Below, piece by piece: positions 9,872 through 19,340 of a stretch of 64,000 nucleotides of DNA. The notes beneath the pieces were generated by a model, which was not told where the DNA came from, made no database searches, and worked only from the letters and a program-made list of their open reading frames with translations. This DNA is from an uncultured Gemmatimonadales bacterium. GTDB lineage: Bacteria; Gemmatimonadota; Gemmatimonadetes; Gemmatimonadales; Gemmatimonadaceae. Made by a program: the position numbers and the translations under genes. The DNA lies in the NCBI GenBank assembly GCA_963850905.1, contig CAWKMU010000003.1, positions 768,001-832,000 on the forward strand, written 5' to 3'. Each line of letters starts with the position of its first letter. Positions within the stretch are counted from its first letter, which is position 1.

Positions 9872-10342
9872 ATGGCAGGGAAACGCGAGCGACACGCGGT
9901 CATTCTCGAGCTGATCGACGGACGTCCGGTCGCGACGCAGGAGGACCTGCGCCGCCTCCTCCGGCAGCGAGGGCTGGAAGTCACGCAATCCACCCTCTCG
10001 CGCGACGTGCACGAGCTACGGCTCGCGCGCGTCCCCACCGGCGACGGCGTGCGCTACGCCCGCGCCGAAAGTGGTGGCGGCCCCGTCAATGGCGGCCAGC
10101 CCTCGCTGGAGACGCTCGTCCCACAGCTCGTCACGTCCCTCGACGGCGTCTCGGAGCTCCTCGTCGTGCGCACCCCGCCGGGCAGCGCCCAGACCATCGC
10201 CCGCGCCATCGACGGCGAACACCTGGGCGACATCCTCGGTACCATCGCCGGCGACGACACGATCCTCATCGTCTGTCGCTCCGTGGCCGCGCGCGAACGG
10301 CTGGGCCGGCGCGTCGCCGGGCTCATGAATGAGGGGGCCTGA
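9872..10342 (+). CDS. argR: Arginine repressor
   Basis: TQEDL..VTQSTLSRD, VVRTPPGSAQ, ILGTIAGDDTILIV. Confidence 0.96.
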   Translation: MAGKRERHAVILELIDGRPVATQEDLRRLLRQRGLEVTQSTLSRDVHELRLARVPTGDGVRYARAESGGGPVNGGQPSLETLVPQLVTSLDGVSELLVVRTPPGSAQTIARAIDGEHLGDILGTIAGDDTILIVCRSVAARERLGRRVAGLMNEGA

Positions 10343-10451
10343 ACGGGCGCTAAAGCGGAGTGGAGTAGGCGGTCCTTGTCTACTTTCTACTTTCTGTGCT
10401 TCTACTTTCTCGGGCGCGCAGCGCCCGTCCTATTGACCTCCATGCACACCA

Positions 10452-10490
10452 CCCGTTTATTTATGCATTCGCATCGCATAACTATCCGTG
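10452..10490 (+). promoter_or_regulatory. Tandem ARG-box-like operator upstream of argG
   Basis: CGTTTATTTATGCA-ttcgcat-CGCATAACTATCCG: two 14-bp cores 7 bp apart; TTGACC at ~10433. Confidence 0.65.
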
Positions 10491-10499
10491 GAGCCTGCC

Positions 10500-11870
10500 A
10501 TGTCAGCTAGTCACCCGCCGTCTCGCGGGGTTTCGACAATCGTGCTTGCCTACTCGGGCGGGCTCGATACCTCCGTCATCGTGCCGTGGCTCAAGGAGCA
10601 CTATCCGGGAGCCCGCGTCATCTGCGTGGCCGCAGACATTGGACAGGGCGATGAGCTCACGGGGGTGCGCGCCAAGGCGCTCGCCTCGGGTGCCGATGAA
10701 TGCTTTGTCGAGGATCTGAGACAGGAGTTCGTCGAGGAGTATATCTGGCCTACGCTGCGCGCTGGCGCGGTCTACGGACGGAAGTATCTGCTCGGCACTG
10801 CGATGGCTCGCCCGCTGATCGCCCGCCGGCAGGTCGAGGTCGCTCGGCGCATCGGTGCAGACGCGCTCGCGCACGGATGCACGGGCAAGGGCAACGATCA
10901 GGTGCGGTTCGAGCTCACGTACGCGGCATTCGCACCGGACCTCACGATCATCGCACCGTGGCGCGAGTGGGACATCCGCAGTCGGGAAGACGCGCTCGCC
11001 TATGCCGCGGGACACCGCGTGCCCGTCACTGCGACGATCGAGAAGATCTACTCCCGCGACCGCAACCTGTGGCACCTCTCGCACGAAGGCGGCGGACTCG
11101 AAGACCCGAACTGGGCGCCGGCCGAGGACGTGTTTCAGCTGACCACGTCGCCTGCGTGCGCGCCCGATGAGCCGGAGCGCGTCACGATCGGGTTCGACGA
11201 GGGGACGCCCACATCGGTCAATGGGGTGACACTCGATCCGGTGACGCTCGTGGCGACGCTCAATCAGATCGGGGGACGGCACGGCGTCGGACGCATCGAT
11301 CTCGTGGAGGATCGCCTCGTCGGGATGAAGTCGCGCGGTGTCTACGAGACGCCGGGCGGGACGCTGCTGTATACGGCGCACAGTGAGCTCGAGCAGCTCA
11401 CGCTCGATCGGCGGACTCTCGCGGCCAAGGATGTCGTTGCGACGCGGTACGCGGACCTCGTGTACGAGGGTCGCTGGTGGACGACGGAGCGCGAGGCGTA
11501 CGATGCGCTGGTGACTGTCACCCAGCGCAACGTCACGGGCACGATCACGCTGTCGTTGTACAAGGGCAACGTGGCCGTCGCGGGTCGGACAAGTCCGTGC
11601 GCCCTCTACGACGAGCGCTTCGTCACGTTTGGCGCCGACGATGTCTATCAGCAGGCGGACGCGGCGGGATTCATTCGTCTGTTCGGTCTGTCGCACCGCG
11701 TGGCGGCGCTCAAGGCGCGTGAGCGGGCCGACAGCGCGCGCCAAGCGGATGCCGCGACCAACGGCGCGCCTGCGGAAGTCGTGCCAGCGTCAGCGCACAC
11801 GAACGGCGCCGCGACGCTCGTCGATGAAGTGACGTTGGCCGGCGCCGACGAACCAGTGGGGGTCGCATGA
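10500..11870 (+). CDS. argG: Argininosuccinate synthase
   Basis: [47 protein letters not shown]; alternative GTG start 10488. Confidence 0.97.
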   Translation: MSASHPPSRGVSTIVLAYSGGLDTSVIVPWLKEHYPGARVICVAADIGQGDELTGVRAKALASGADECFVEDLRQEFVEEYIWPTLRAGAVYGRKYLLGTAMARPLIARRQVEVARRIGADALAHGCTGKGNDQVRFELTYAAFAPDLTIIAPWREWDIRSREDALAYAAGHRVPVTATIEKIYSRDRNLWHLSHEGGGLEDPNWAPAEDVFQLTTSPACAPDEPERVTIGFDEGTPTSVNGVTLDPVTLVATLNQIGGRHGVGRIDLVEDRLVGMKSRGVYETPGGTLLYTAHSELEQLTLDRRTLAAKDVVATRYADLVYEGRWWTTEREAYDALVTVTQRNVTGTITLSLYKGNVAVAGRTSPCALYDERFVTFGADDVYQQADAAGFIRLFGLSHRVAALKARERADSARQADAATNGAPAEVVPASAHTNGAATLVDEVTLAGADEPVGVA

Positions 11871-13349
11871 CGCCCGCCGACGGCCCGCCGACCACGACCG
11901 ACACGCCGGCCTCGCCGGCCCGCGCACGCGCGCACCGCCTCTGGGGCGGCCGCTTCGCAAACGCGAGCGCACCGGCGCTCGAAGCGTTGAACCGCTCGAT
12001 CGGGACGGACTTCCGACTGTGGCCCTTCGACATTCGCCTCTCCCAAGGCGTGGGCCGTCGCGCTGTGGGACGCCGGCGTGCTGACGTTGGCGGAAAGCCA
12101 ACGCCTCGAGGCCGGATTGGAGGTGGTGGGACAGCGTCTCGAGGCAGGCGCGCTCGCCGAGTCGAGCGATGAGGACGTGCATACGATGATCGATCGCATG
12201 CTCACCGAGGTCGTCGGCGAATTGGGCGCGCGACTGCACACGGGCCGCAGTCGGAACGACCAGGTCGCCACCGCGACGCGACTCTGGTGCGCCGACGCGG
12301 TGGCCTCGCTCGATGCCGGCGTGCGGGGCGTGCAGCATGCATTGCTCGATCGGGCCGCGGAGTACGAGGACACTCTCATGCCTGCGTACACCCACCTGCA
12401 GCGCGCGCAGCCCGTCTCGGTCGCACACTGGCTGCTGGGCCACTTCTGGCCACTCGAGCGGGATCGCGCGCGTTTGACTGCAGCAGGGCGAGGCGCGCTC
12501 GCAGCGCTCCCGCTCGGATCGGGCGCGGTCGCAGGATGCGCGTATCCGATCTCGCGCGTTCTCCTCAAGGAGAGCCTGGGCTTCTCGGGATTGTCCGCCA
12601 ACAGCGTGGACGCCGTGAGCGATCGCGATTTCGTCGCGGAGCTGCTCTTCGCCGCGACGCTGCTCGCAACGCACCTCTCGCGGCTCGCTGAAGATTTCAT
12701 TCTCTTCGGAACAGCGGAATTCGGGTTCGTGCGGTTCGGCGAGGCCTACACGACGGGATCGAGCATGATGCCGCAGAAGCGGAACCCGGACGTGTTGGAG
12801 CTGACGCGTGCCTCCAGCGGACGTGCACTCGGCGATCTCACGACGCTCCTCGTCACCATCAAAGGACTGCCGACCGGCTACAACAAGGACCTCCAGGAAG
12901 ACAAGCGCGCGCTGTTCGACGCGGTCGACACGCTGCAGCTCGTCCTCCCCGCGGTCGCCGGCGCACTCGGCGACATGACGTTCCTGCCGGCGCGGATGCA
13001 TGCCGCATTGGATGGCGGCCTCATGGCGACCGACGTGGCGGACTATCTCGTGCGAAAGGGCGTCACCTTCCGCGAGGCGCACGCGGCGGTGGGGTCGCTC
13101 ATCCGCGCAGCCGAGTTGGCCGGGGTGGAGCTGCACGAGCTGCCGCTGGATATGTTTACCGCAGCCCACGCGGCCTTCCGCGCAGACGTCGTCGATGCCC
13201 TGTCGCCCGAACGGTCCGTCGAACGGCGCAATGTCGAAGGCGGTACCGGCCCGGACGCCGTTCGCCACCAGCTCGAGGCCGCGCGTGCAGCACTCGCGCC
13301 CGCGCGCGAGACTCCGCGCGGGAATGAGTGGGTGGTGGCAGTGGGCTGA
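11867..13349 (+). CDS. argH: Argininosuccinate lyase, +1 frameshift at ~12042-12044 (probably sequencing error)
   Basis: LWGGRF in first frame; [44 protein letters not shown] in second; deleting one C gives DIRLSKAWAVAL and a 494-codon ORF. Confidence 0.93.
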
Positions 13350-13431
13350 CTGGCGCTATCGCGCCAGTAGAGAGGAGAAGCGCAGAAAGGAGAAAGGAGA
13401 CAACGGCAAGGGGTCACGGAACAAGTCGAGA

Positions 13432-13459
13432 GGCCGGTCACTGTGCACAGTGACCGGCC
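13432..13459. repeat. Perfect palindrome GGCCGGTCACTGTGCACAGTGACCGGCC between convergent genes (left sub-module of the composite repeat); possible terminator
   Basis: Direct inspection; degenerate versions precede REP cores at ~5000, 48910, 51185, 62672. Confidence 0.7.
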
Positions 13460-13478
13460 CTCTGATCCTCAACTCTCT

Positions 13479-14234
13479 CTAGCGCGCGACCGCTCGCGCC
13501 GGTTCCCGCATCACGAGTCCCGCGATCATGTCGACACACGCGTCGATGGGGATGGTGCTGGTGTTGAGCTGCAGGTCGTACAGCAGCGGATCGCGCAGGT
13601 CAACGTGGTAGTGGCGGCGCACATATGCCCGGCGTACCTCGTCCATGCGCCGCGCGAGCTGCGCGGCGGCGACTCGGTCGCACGTCTCGCGCCGACAAAT
13701 ACGGTCGACGCGCTGATCCATCGATGCGACGAGCCGCACGTGCAAAGTGCCCGGCCGATGCCGGAGCAGACACTGCGCGCCGTGCCCCACGACGATGAGC
13801 GGCGGCGACTGCACCGCCGCCAGAATGGCGGCGCGAGCGGCCTCGGCGACCGCGTCGGGGTGGACGACGGTGTTGCTGTCGAGATCGACATGCTGCTCCG
13901 GCGGAGTCATCAAGAGGGTCGACGCCACGAGCCGGGCAAGCCAGTTCGACGTGCGTTCGTCGAACGGTTCGACGTGCCGCGGATCGAGCTGGAGGCGTGT
14001 CGCCACCGCTTGGACGAGCTCGCGGTCCAGGACGGACCACTGCAGCTTCGCGCCGAGCGCACGTGCCAGGTCGCTCCCGCCGGCACCAAATTCCCGCGAG
14101 ACGGTGATGAGATCGATCGACTCGCCTCGCGGCTTGGGCCACTCCGCATTGGCAGCCCCCGCCCCCGGGTCCACTTGAGCGGGGTAGGTCCCCGTGTCCT
14201 GGAATTGTCCCTGCGTGACCCATTCATCGGACAT
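13479..14234 (-). CDS. Cytidylate kinase-like family protein (Cytidylate_kin2)
   Basis: ITVSREFGAGG, VLDREL, IVVGHGA, LHVRLVA, D..RRAY..HY..D...YDLQLNT. Confidence 0.88.
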   Translation of the reverse strand: MSDEWVTQGQFQDTGTYPAQVDPGAGAANAEWPKPRGESIDLITVSREFGAGGSDLARALGAKLQWSVLDRELVQAVATRLQLDPRHVEPFDERTSNWLARLVASTLLMTPPEQHVDLDSNTVVHPDAVAEAARAAILAAVQSPPLIVVGHGAQCLLRHRPGTLHVRLVASMDQRVDRICRRETCDRVAAAQLARRMDEVRRAYVRRHYHVDLRDPLLYDLQLNTSTIPIDACVDMIAGLVMREPARAVAR

Positions 14235-14279
14235 GAGATTCTCCCGTTCCGCTCCGTCAGCCGTCGCTGAGTGTTCCCG

Positions 14280-14543
14280 TCACGGATGGTCCAATTCGCG
14301 GCGATCGCCGGGGCCAGTGTCCGGGTCGGCGTCGCCCAGGTCGAGATGTCGAGCGGTCGACTCGAGAAAATCCCGAGCGACCTCGTCGCGCGCGGAGGGA
14401 GAATCGAACGGGCGAAAGACGGCACCGCCACACCGTGGACACACGAGGCGGCCAGTTTCCCCGCCCCGTGAGTACAGCTCGTTTCCGCAGGTCACACAGA
14501 CCCACGTCGTCAGATCGCCGTCCGGTTCACCCCGCGCAGACAT
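14280..14543 (-). CDS. Small zinc-ribbon protein
   Basis: WVCVTCG...LVCPRCGG, acidic C-terminus; AGGAG SD upstream. Confidence 0.7.
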   Translation of the reverse strand: MSARGEPDGDLTTWVCVTCGNELYSRGGETGRLVCPRCGGAVFRPFDSPSARDEVARDFLESTARHLDLGDADPDTGPGDRRELDHP

Positions 14544-14606
14544 TCCCGACTCCTATATCGGTGCTGCCCTGGAGAGCCGCAAGACGTGTGCTGGAGAAGC
14601 ACGGCG

Positions 14607-14795
14607 GCGGGGTCTGGAGGTCTGGGGTCTGAGTGGGTCAGGAACAAATCGTCAAGCCGACCGCGCGCACCGCGGCTGGCCATGGACCGGTAGGGGCGAC
14701 GCATTGCGTCGCCCGTTGTTGTTGCGGCGGTGGTTGTCGTTCCCAGACCCCACACCCCAAACCCCTGATCCCTGATCCCTGATCCCTGATCCCCG
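14607..14795 (+). repeat. Composite REP element (core 14690-14714)
   Basis: Exact REP core with GGGGTC left and (TGATCCC)n right arrays. Confidence 0.9.
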
Positions 14796-14808
14796 CACTT
14801 TTCCCCGC

Positions 14809-15609
14809 ATGTCTCGCCTCGCCTGGGCCACCGACGTCCACTTCGAGTTCGCGACGGTGGACGTCGTCGCCGCGTTCTGTGAAGGCATCATCGCGCTGGC
14901 GCCGGACGGCCTGCTGCTTACGGGCGACATTGCCCAGGCCACGAGCATCGAGCGGTACCTCCGCGCACTCGATCGGGTACTACCGATGCCCATCTACTTC
15001 GTGCTGGGTAACCACGACTTCTACCACGGCAGCATTGCCGACGTGCGCGCCGCGGTCGATACGCTCGTCGCGCAGGCCACGCATCTCACCTGGATGTCTC
15101 GGGCCGGTGTGGTCCCGGTCGCCGGCGCCACCGCGCTCGTCGGACATGATGGATGGGCCGACGGGCGCTGTGGCGACTACGCGTCCTCACGCGTGCTGCT
15201 CAACGACTATCGACTGATTCGAGAGCTGACAGGCCTCACGCCAGCCGACAGGCGCGTGGCACTCGAGCGCCTGGGCGATGAGGCCGCGGCGCACTTCGCC
15301 CGCGTGCTCCCCGCCGCGCTGGCCGACCACCGCCACGTCATTGCGCTGACGCACGTCCCGCCGTTCCCGGAGGCCAGTTGGTACCAGGGACGCATCGCCG
15401 ATCCCGATTGGCTGCCGCACTTCTGCGCCGCCGCCGTCGGAGAGGTCTTCGTGCGCGTCATGGAGGCGCACCCCGACCGTGACCTGCTGGTGCTCTGCGG
15501 CCACACCCACACCGGCGCGCCAGTTCAGATCAGACCGAACCTGCGCGTCCTCGTGGGATCGGCCACCTATGGGCGGCCGGAGGTGCAGGAGGTGTTGGAG
15601 GTTAGCTAG
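14809..15609 (+). CDS. Metallophosphoesterase (calcineurin-like)
   Basis: TDVH, TGD, GNHD, THVPP, CGHTH motifs. Confidence 0.9.
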   Translation: MSRLAWATDVHFEFATVDVVAAFCEGIIALAPDGLLLTGDIAQATSIERYLRALDRVLPMPIYFVLGNHDFYHGSIADVRAAVDTLVAQATHLTWMSRAGVVPVAGATALVGHDGWADGRCGDYASSRVLLNDYRLIRELTGLTPADRRVALERLGDEAAAHFARVLPAALADHRHVIALTHVPPFPEASWYQGRIADPDWLPHFCAAAVGEVFVRVMEAHPDRDLLVLCGHTHTGAPVQIRPNLRVLVGSATYGRPEVQEVLEVS

Positions 15610-15656
15610 ACCTTGGACGCTAGACGCTGGACGCTAGAAGACGAACCTCGAGCCCA

Positions 15657-15772
15657 CCTGCACGCACCGCGGCCGGCCTTGGACCGGTAGGGGCGACGCA
15701 TTGCGTCGCCCGTCGTTGTCGCCGCGGTTGGTTGCCGTTCCCCTCACCCTTTCCCGCCGTCTGCCGTCCGCC
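15657..15772 (+). repeat. REP element (core 15687-15711)
   Basis: Exact core plus conserved flanks ccttggaccg / gtcgttgtcg. Confidence 0.88.
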
Positions 15773-15774
15773 GT

Positions 15775-16098
15775 TCAAGCCTGCGCGCGTTCGCGGCTCG
15801 TCCGCACCAACCACCCGAGCAACAACCCCACGATCACGACCGGCAGCACGACCCAGATCGCGATCTTGATGGCGGCGATGAAGGCGACCGCGACGACGAG
15901 GCCCAGGACCCCAAGCACGGCAATGAAGGGGATGCTGAGTACGGCGACGATGATGAGGGGGATGGCCAGCACCGCACCCAGGACGATCGCGCCAGCCACG
16001 AAGAGCGGGATGCCGAACAGCGCGAGGACCAATGCGATCGGTGCGAGCACGACCGCGCCAATGATGCCGAGAATAGCGCCTTTGATGAGCGGAGCCAT
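15775..16098 (-). CDS. Small very hydrophobic membrane protein
   Basis: MAPLIKGAILG..., nearly all hydrophobic; GAGGAG SD. Confidence 0.75.
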   Translation of the reverse strand: MAPLIKGAILGIIGAVVLAPIALVLALFGIPLFVAGAIVLGAVLAIPLIIVAVLSIPFIAVLGVLGLVVAVAFIAAIKIAIWVVLPVVIVGLLLGWLVRTSRERAQA

Positions 16099-16248
16099 GT
16101 GCGTCTCCTCACACGGGTGAGCTGGGTGCCGTAGTGCAGTCGGCGTACCCACCGGTGACTACGATTCTGGCAGTCTCTGGGTTTCGCCGAATGCCGTGCC
16201 TGCGGGCCTCGGTACCATGTCAGCGAGGACCGGGCCGAACCGCGCGCA

Positions 16249-16273
16249 GTAGGGGCGACACCGTACGTCGCCC
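16249..16273 (+). repeat. Degenerate GTAG-REP (GTAG GGGCGAC-N7-GTCGCCC)
   Basis: Same length and outer stem as main REP, altered centre. Confidence 0.6.
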
Positions 16274-16472
16274 GCGAGGGGGCGTGCCGCGATTCAACCG
16301 AGGCGCACGCCCGTCCACCGTCGAGATTCCGGGACGAGCGGACGGCTCCCAAGCGCGCCTCTTGCGAGCGTTGGGCGGCGTGCGTCACGAGCGACCAATG
16401 GGACGGCCGGCTGGGCAGGGCCGCGGTGGAGGTCCCAGCGCAGCACGCGTTCGCGCGCGGACCCGAGTGGCG

Positions 16473-16853
16473 ATGACTGGCCATCCAACAGTCGAGCTCG
16501 GCAATGCGTCCGCGCAAGACCGAGAGCCGAGAGCAAGTCTTCTGCGATCCGTCGGATTCGAGCTCGTAGGGTTCGCGGCGGTCCTGGGAATCGTCGCTGC
16601 GACCGTTGGGTCGGGAGCGTTCAAGCTCGCCGCCAGGCCCATGGACCCGCCTTCCATTGTCGCACGGATCGACACGGACACGACGCACCACGCGCCTGGC
16701 GCGGCGACGCACAAGACGGCGCACGGGGGAGACGCACCCCTCTCTCCCGACTCCCTCGCGAAACGACGCGATGCGGCGGCCCACGCGCCGCAGGCTCGGG
16801 CGGACTCCGCCACGCGGCATGGTGCGCCGCCCCCCTCCGCTGTCGTCCCGTGA
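16473..16853 (+). CDS. Hypothetical single-pass membrane protein
   Basis: One hydrophobic segment VGFELVGFAAVLGIVAATV; start uncertain. Confidence 0.4.
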   Translation: MTGHPTVELGNASAQDREPRASLLRSVGFELVGFAAVLGIVAATVGSGAFKLAARPMDPPSIVARIDTDTTHHAPGAATHKTAHGGDAPLSPDSLAKRRDAAAHAPQARADSATRHGAPPPSAVVP

Positions 16854-16944
16854 ACGCGGGACGTTGTTCTCCCCTGGCCCCTGACCCCGTTGTTGTCGCC
16901 CGCACGCCATTGCGCGCCATGCCGCAAACTGCTCTGTTGAAGGC

Positions 16945-18120
16945 ATGGGTGTACTGACGCGAAGCCGCAGGACCCAACCGGCTGCCTCGGCGCTCCGGCA
17001 GCGCGGCCAGTCGCGGGTGGCGCGTTGGCTCGTGTGCTCTGGTCTCGCCATCTTGGGCGTCGCGTCGATCGCCCGCGCGCAACAGGGCAGTGCCGGCGCA
17101 TCGCCCGCCCCGTCGTCTCCGGCTGACAGCGTCACGATCGCCGGCGATGTGGTGGCGGCCGTGGGTGGAGAGCCGCTGGCGTACGCGACGGTGATCGTAG
17201 AGCCGGGAAACCGCAAGCGGTTCGCCGACGCGGGCGGCGCGTTTGTCGTAGGCCCGCTAGCGCCGGGTTCCTACAGGCTGCGGGTCCGGCAGATCGGATT
17301 TGGGCCGCGCGATACTGTGCTGCTTGTGTCGCCGCGGACGCCCATCAAACGCCTGCGGATCGCCCTGGCGGTGATTGCGCTGCATCTACCGGCTGTAACA
17401 GTCGAGGGCGAGCGATCGACCAAGTGTCTGACGCCTGGGATCCCCGATTCGTCCATCGACCCGCGTCTAGCGGCGCTGTTCGGCGAGCTCGAGAAGAACG
17501 TCGACCGTTACCGTCTGTTGATTGACGAGTACCCATTCGCGTTCACACGGGAAGAATGGCAGGTGAGTCGGAACGGGGCAGGCTACGAGGAGACGGTCGC
17601 TCTCGATACGGTGCGGTACGAGGTCCAGGAGATGGAGAGTCGGCCATACAAAGTCGGGGCCGTCGTCATTCGGGAGGCGTCGCCACGGGGCGGGTCGCAG
17701 CAGTACATGCCCCTGCCGACCTTCGGCTACCTGGGCGACTCCACCTTCCAGCGGATGCACTGTTTCGAATACGTGGGGGAAGACACGACGAGCGACATCC
17801 CGACGATCCGTCTCGACTTTCGGCCGGCGGCCTCGATTCACACGCCCGATCTCGAAGGATCGGTATATCTCGATGAGGATCGCTACGTCGTGCGCCGGGC
17901 CGTTTTCCGCCTCACGGAGCCGAACCGGGTCGTGCCGCCGATCTCCGAGCTCAGTGTCACGATGACCTTCCGCGAGATCCTGCCGCTGGTCCCAGTATTC
18001 GACGAAGTGCGCTACCGCCGGCCGATCTACAAGAATGGCCAGGCCGCGGTGTTGGAAGTCGATCGGCTCCTGGAGTACCGGTTCGAGCACGGCACCCCCG
18101 GCGCCGCCTGGAAGGGATGA
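16945..18120 (+). CDS. Secreted protein with carboxypeptidase-regulatory-like (beta-sandwich) N-domain
   Basis: Signal peptide; G.V..GEPLAYATV...D..G.F..LAPGSY.L.VRQIGF. Confidence 0.8.
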   Translation: MGVLTRSRRTQPAASALRQRGQSRVARWLVCSGLAILGVASIARAQQGSAGASPAPSSPADSVTIAGDVVAAVGGEPLAYATVIVEPGNRKRFADAGGAFVVGPLAPGSYRLRVRQIGFGPRDTVLLVSPRTPIKRLRIALAVIALHLPAVTVEGERSTKCLTPGIPDSSIDPRLAALFGELEKNVDRYRLLIDEYPFAFTREEWQVSRNGAGYEETVALDTVRYEVQEMESRPYKVGAVVIREASPRGGSQQYMPLPTFGYLGDSTFQRMHCFEYVGEDTTSDIPTIRLDFRPAASIHTPDLEGSVYLDEDRYVVRRAVFRLTEPNRVVPPISELSVTMTFREILPLVPVFDEVRYRRPIYKNGQAAVLEVDRLLEYRFEHGTPGAAWKG

Positions 18121-18267
18121 TCTCCGCCCTCCGTCCTCCTCGCTTGGTTCTCCGACACGCGTCACGCGAGTAGGCCCAGCCGTTGCCTTGGTTCCGTCCT
18201 GCGCCGCTGTTCCCTCCCCACCTGGCAGTCGTCTCGAAATGGGGACCAACGAGCTGGAGCGTGGATC

Positions 18268-18471
18268 GTGGCGGACCAGGGCAAGGACACCGAGCCCGGC
18301 GGCTGGGAGCCGTCGGACGACGGCGAAGCGTGGCGAGTGAGCGAGACCGTCGAGCTCTGGCCGGAGGAATTGGCCGGACCCGAGTACTGGGCCTACCGCC
18401 GGCGCGAAGCCGTTGAGCGGGTGGTCAACGACCTCGTCGGTGAGCGCACCGCCCGACACCGCGGGCGCTGA
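18268..18471 (+). CDS. Small acidic hypothetical protein
   Basis: GTG start with GGAG upstream; Trp/Glu-rich plausible sequence. Confidence 0.4.
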   Translation: MADQGKDTEPGGWEPSDDGEAWRVSETVELWPEELAGPEYWAYRRREAVERVVNDLVGERTARHRGR

Positions 18472-18562
18472 GCCGAGCTACAGGTAGACCCAAAGCAAAG
18501 CGTAGTTAGGTCTGGGGTCAGGCCGGACGGAGCGCTCCACAGCACCGCCGTCCAACCGACAT

Positions 18563-18586
18563 GTAGGGGCGGCCTTCAGGCCGCCC
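18563..18586 (+). repeat. Second GTAG-REP type (GTAG GGGCGGCC-TTCA-GGCCGCCC)
   Basis: Hairpin after GTAG; sister copy at 44496-44519. Confidence 0.75.
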
Positions 18587-18777
18587 ACCTTCAGACCGCG
18601 CACCCTAGGCGACCGGCCCACCTGAGAGCCGTCGTCTCCTTTCTCCTTTCTGCTTTTCTCCTCTCTCGGGCGCTTGAGCGCCCGCCGCCCGCCCCCTGCC
18701 CTATCGAGCTCAACAATAAGAGCCCTCGGGGCAGGGAAGGGCCCCAGTCGCATTGGTCATCCGGCGGCTCGCGGCAC

Positions 18778-18850
18778 CATAACACTCTGATATATAACAC
18801 TTTATACGAACACCGACCCTTGACAAGAGTATATAACTAATTATATGTTC
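18778..18850 (+). promoter_or_regulatory. AT-rich sigma70-like promoter region of the GIY-YIG/VirD4 cassette
   Basis: TTGACA at 18820-18825, 18-bp spacer, TATGTT; repeated TATATAAC. Confidence 0.55.
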
Positions 18851-18971
18851 TCTCCCGCACGGACGCTCTTCCCTGCCCTGTCGGTGGCCCGCGGGAGTCG
18901 CCTGACACACGCTGGCCGCTGGACGCAAACCGCCGCAGGCGAATCCGCCTGCAGCCCTGGACGGAGGCCAG

Positions 18972-19340
18972 ATGAGACACGCGGTGTACCACCTCGCCGG
19001 CGAGTCGAAACAGCCACGCGTGGGCACGGTCTACCTGCTCCACTTCAGTCGGCCGTACTACCACGCCCGCCACTACATTGGCTTCAGTCGACGGGTCGAA
19101 ATCAGGATCCGCGAGCACCGCAGCGGCTACGGCTCGCCGCTCGTGGAAGCGGTGTTCAACGCCGGGATCGAAATCTTCGTCGCGCGCACGTGGGACCACG
19201 TCACGCTCGCCTTTGAGCGCCGACTACACCAGGCAGTCCCGCACCACGGTGGCAAAAATGGCTGCCCGATCTGTCTCGGCCCCCGAGCCTTCGGACGCTG
19301 GCAGCCCCGCCGGGATGCCACAACCGGGATCGGTGTCTGA
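18972..19340 (+). CDS. GIY-YIG-like endonuclease with C-terminal CxxC
   Basis: GTVYLLHF..PY.HARHYIG...RIREH..G.G...E..L...CPIC. Confidence 0.8.
   Translation: MRHAVYHLAGESKQPRVGTVYLLHFSRPYYHARHYIGFSRRVEIRIREHRSGYGSPLVEAVFNAGIEIFVARTWDHVTLAFERRLHQAVPHHGGKNGCPICLGPRAFGRWQPRRDATTGIGV

Noticed and set aside
11867..13349. argH and ispG as true pseudogenes or programmed frameshifts
   Set aside because: Single +1 lesion in short homopolymers, repeated in four unrelated genes, with no slippery heptamer; sequencing error is simpler.
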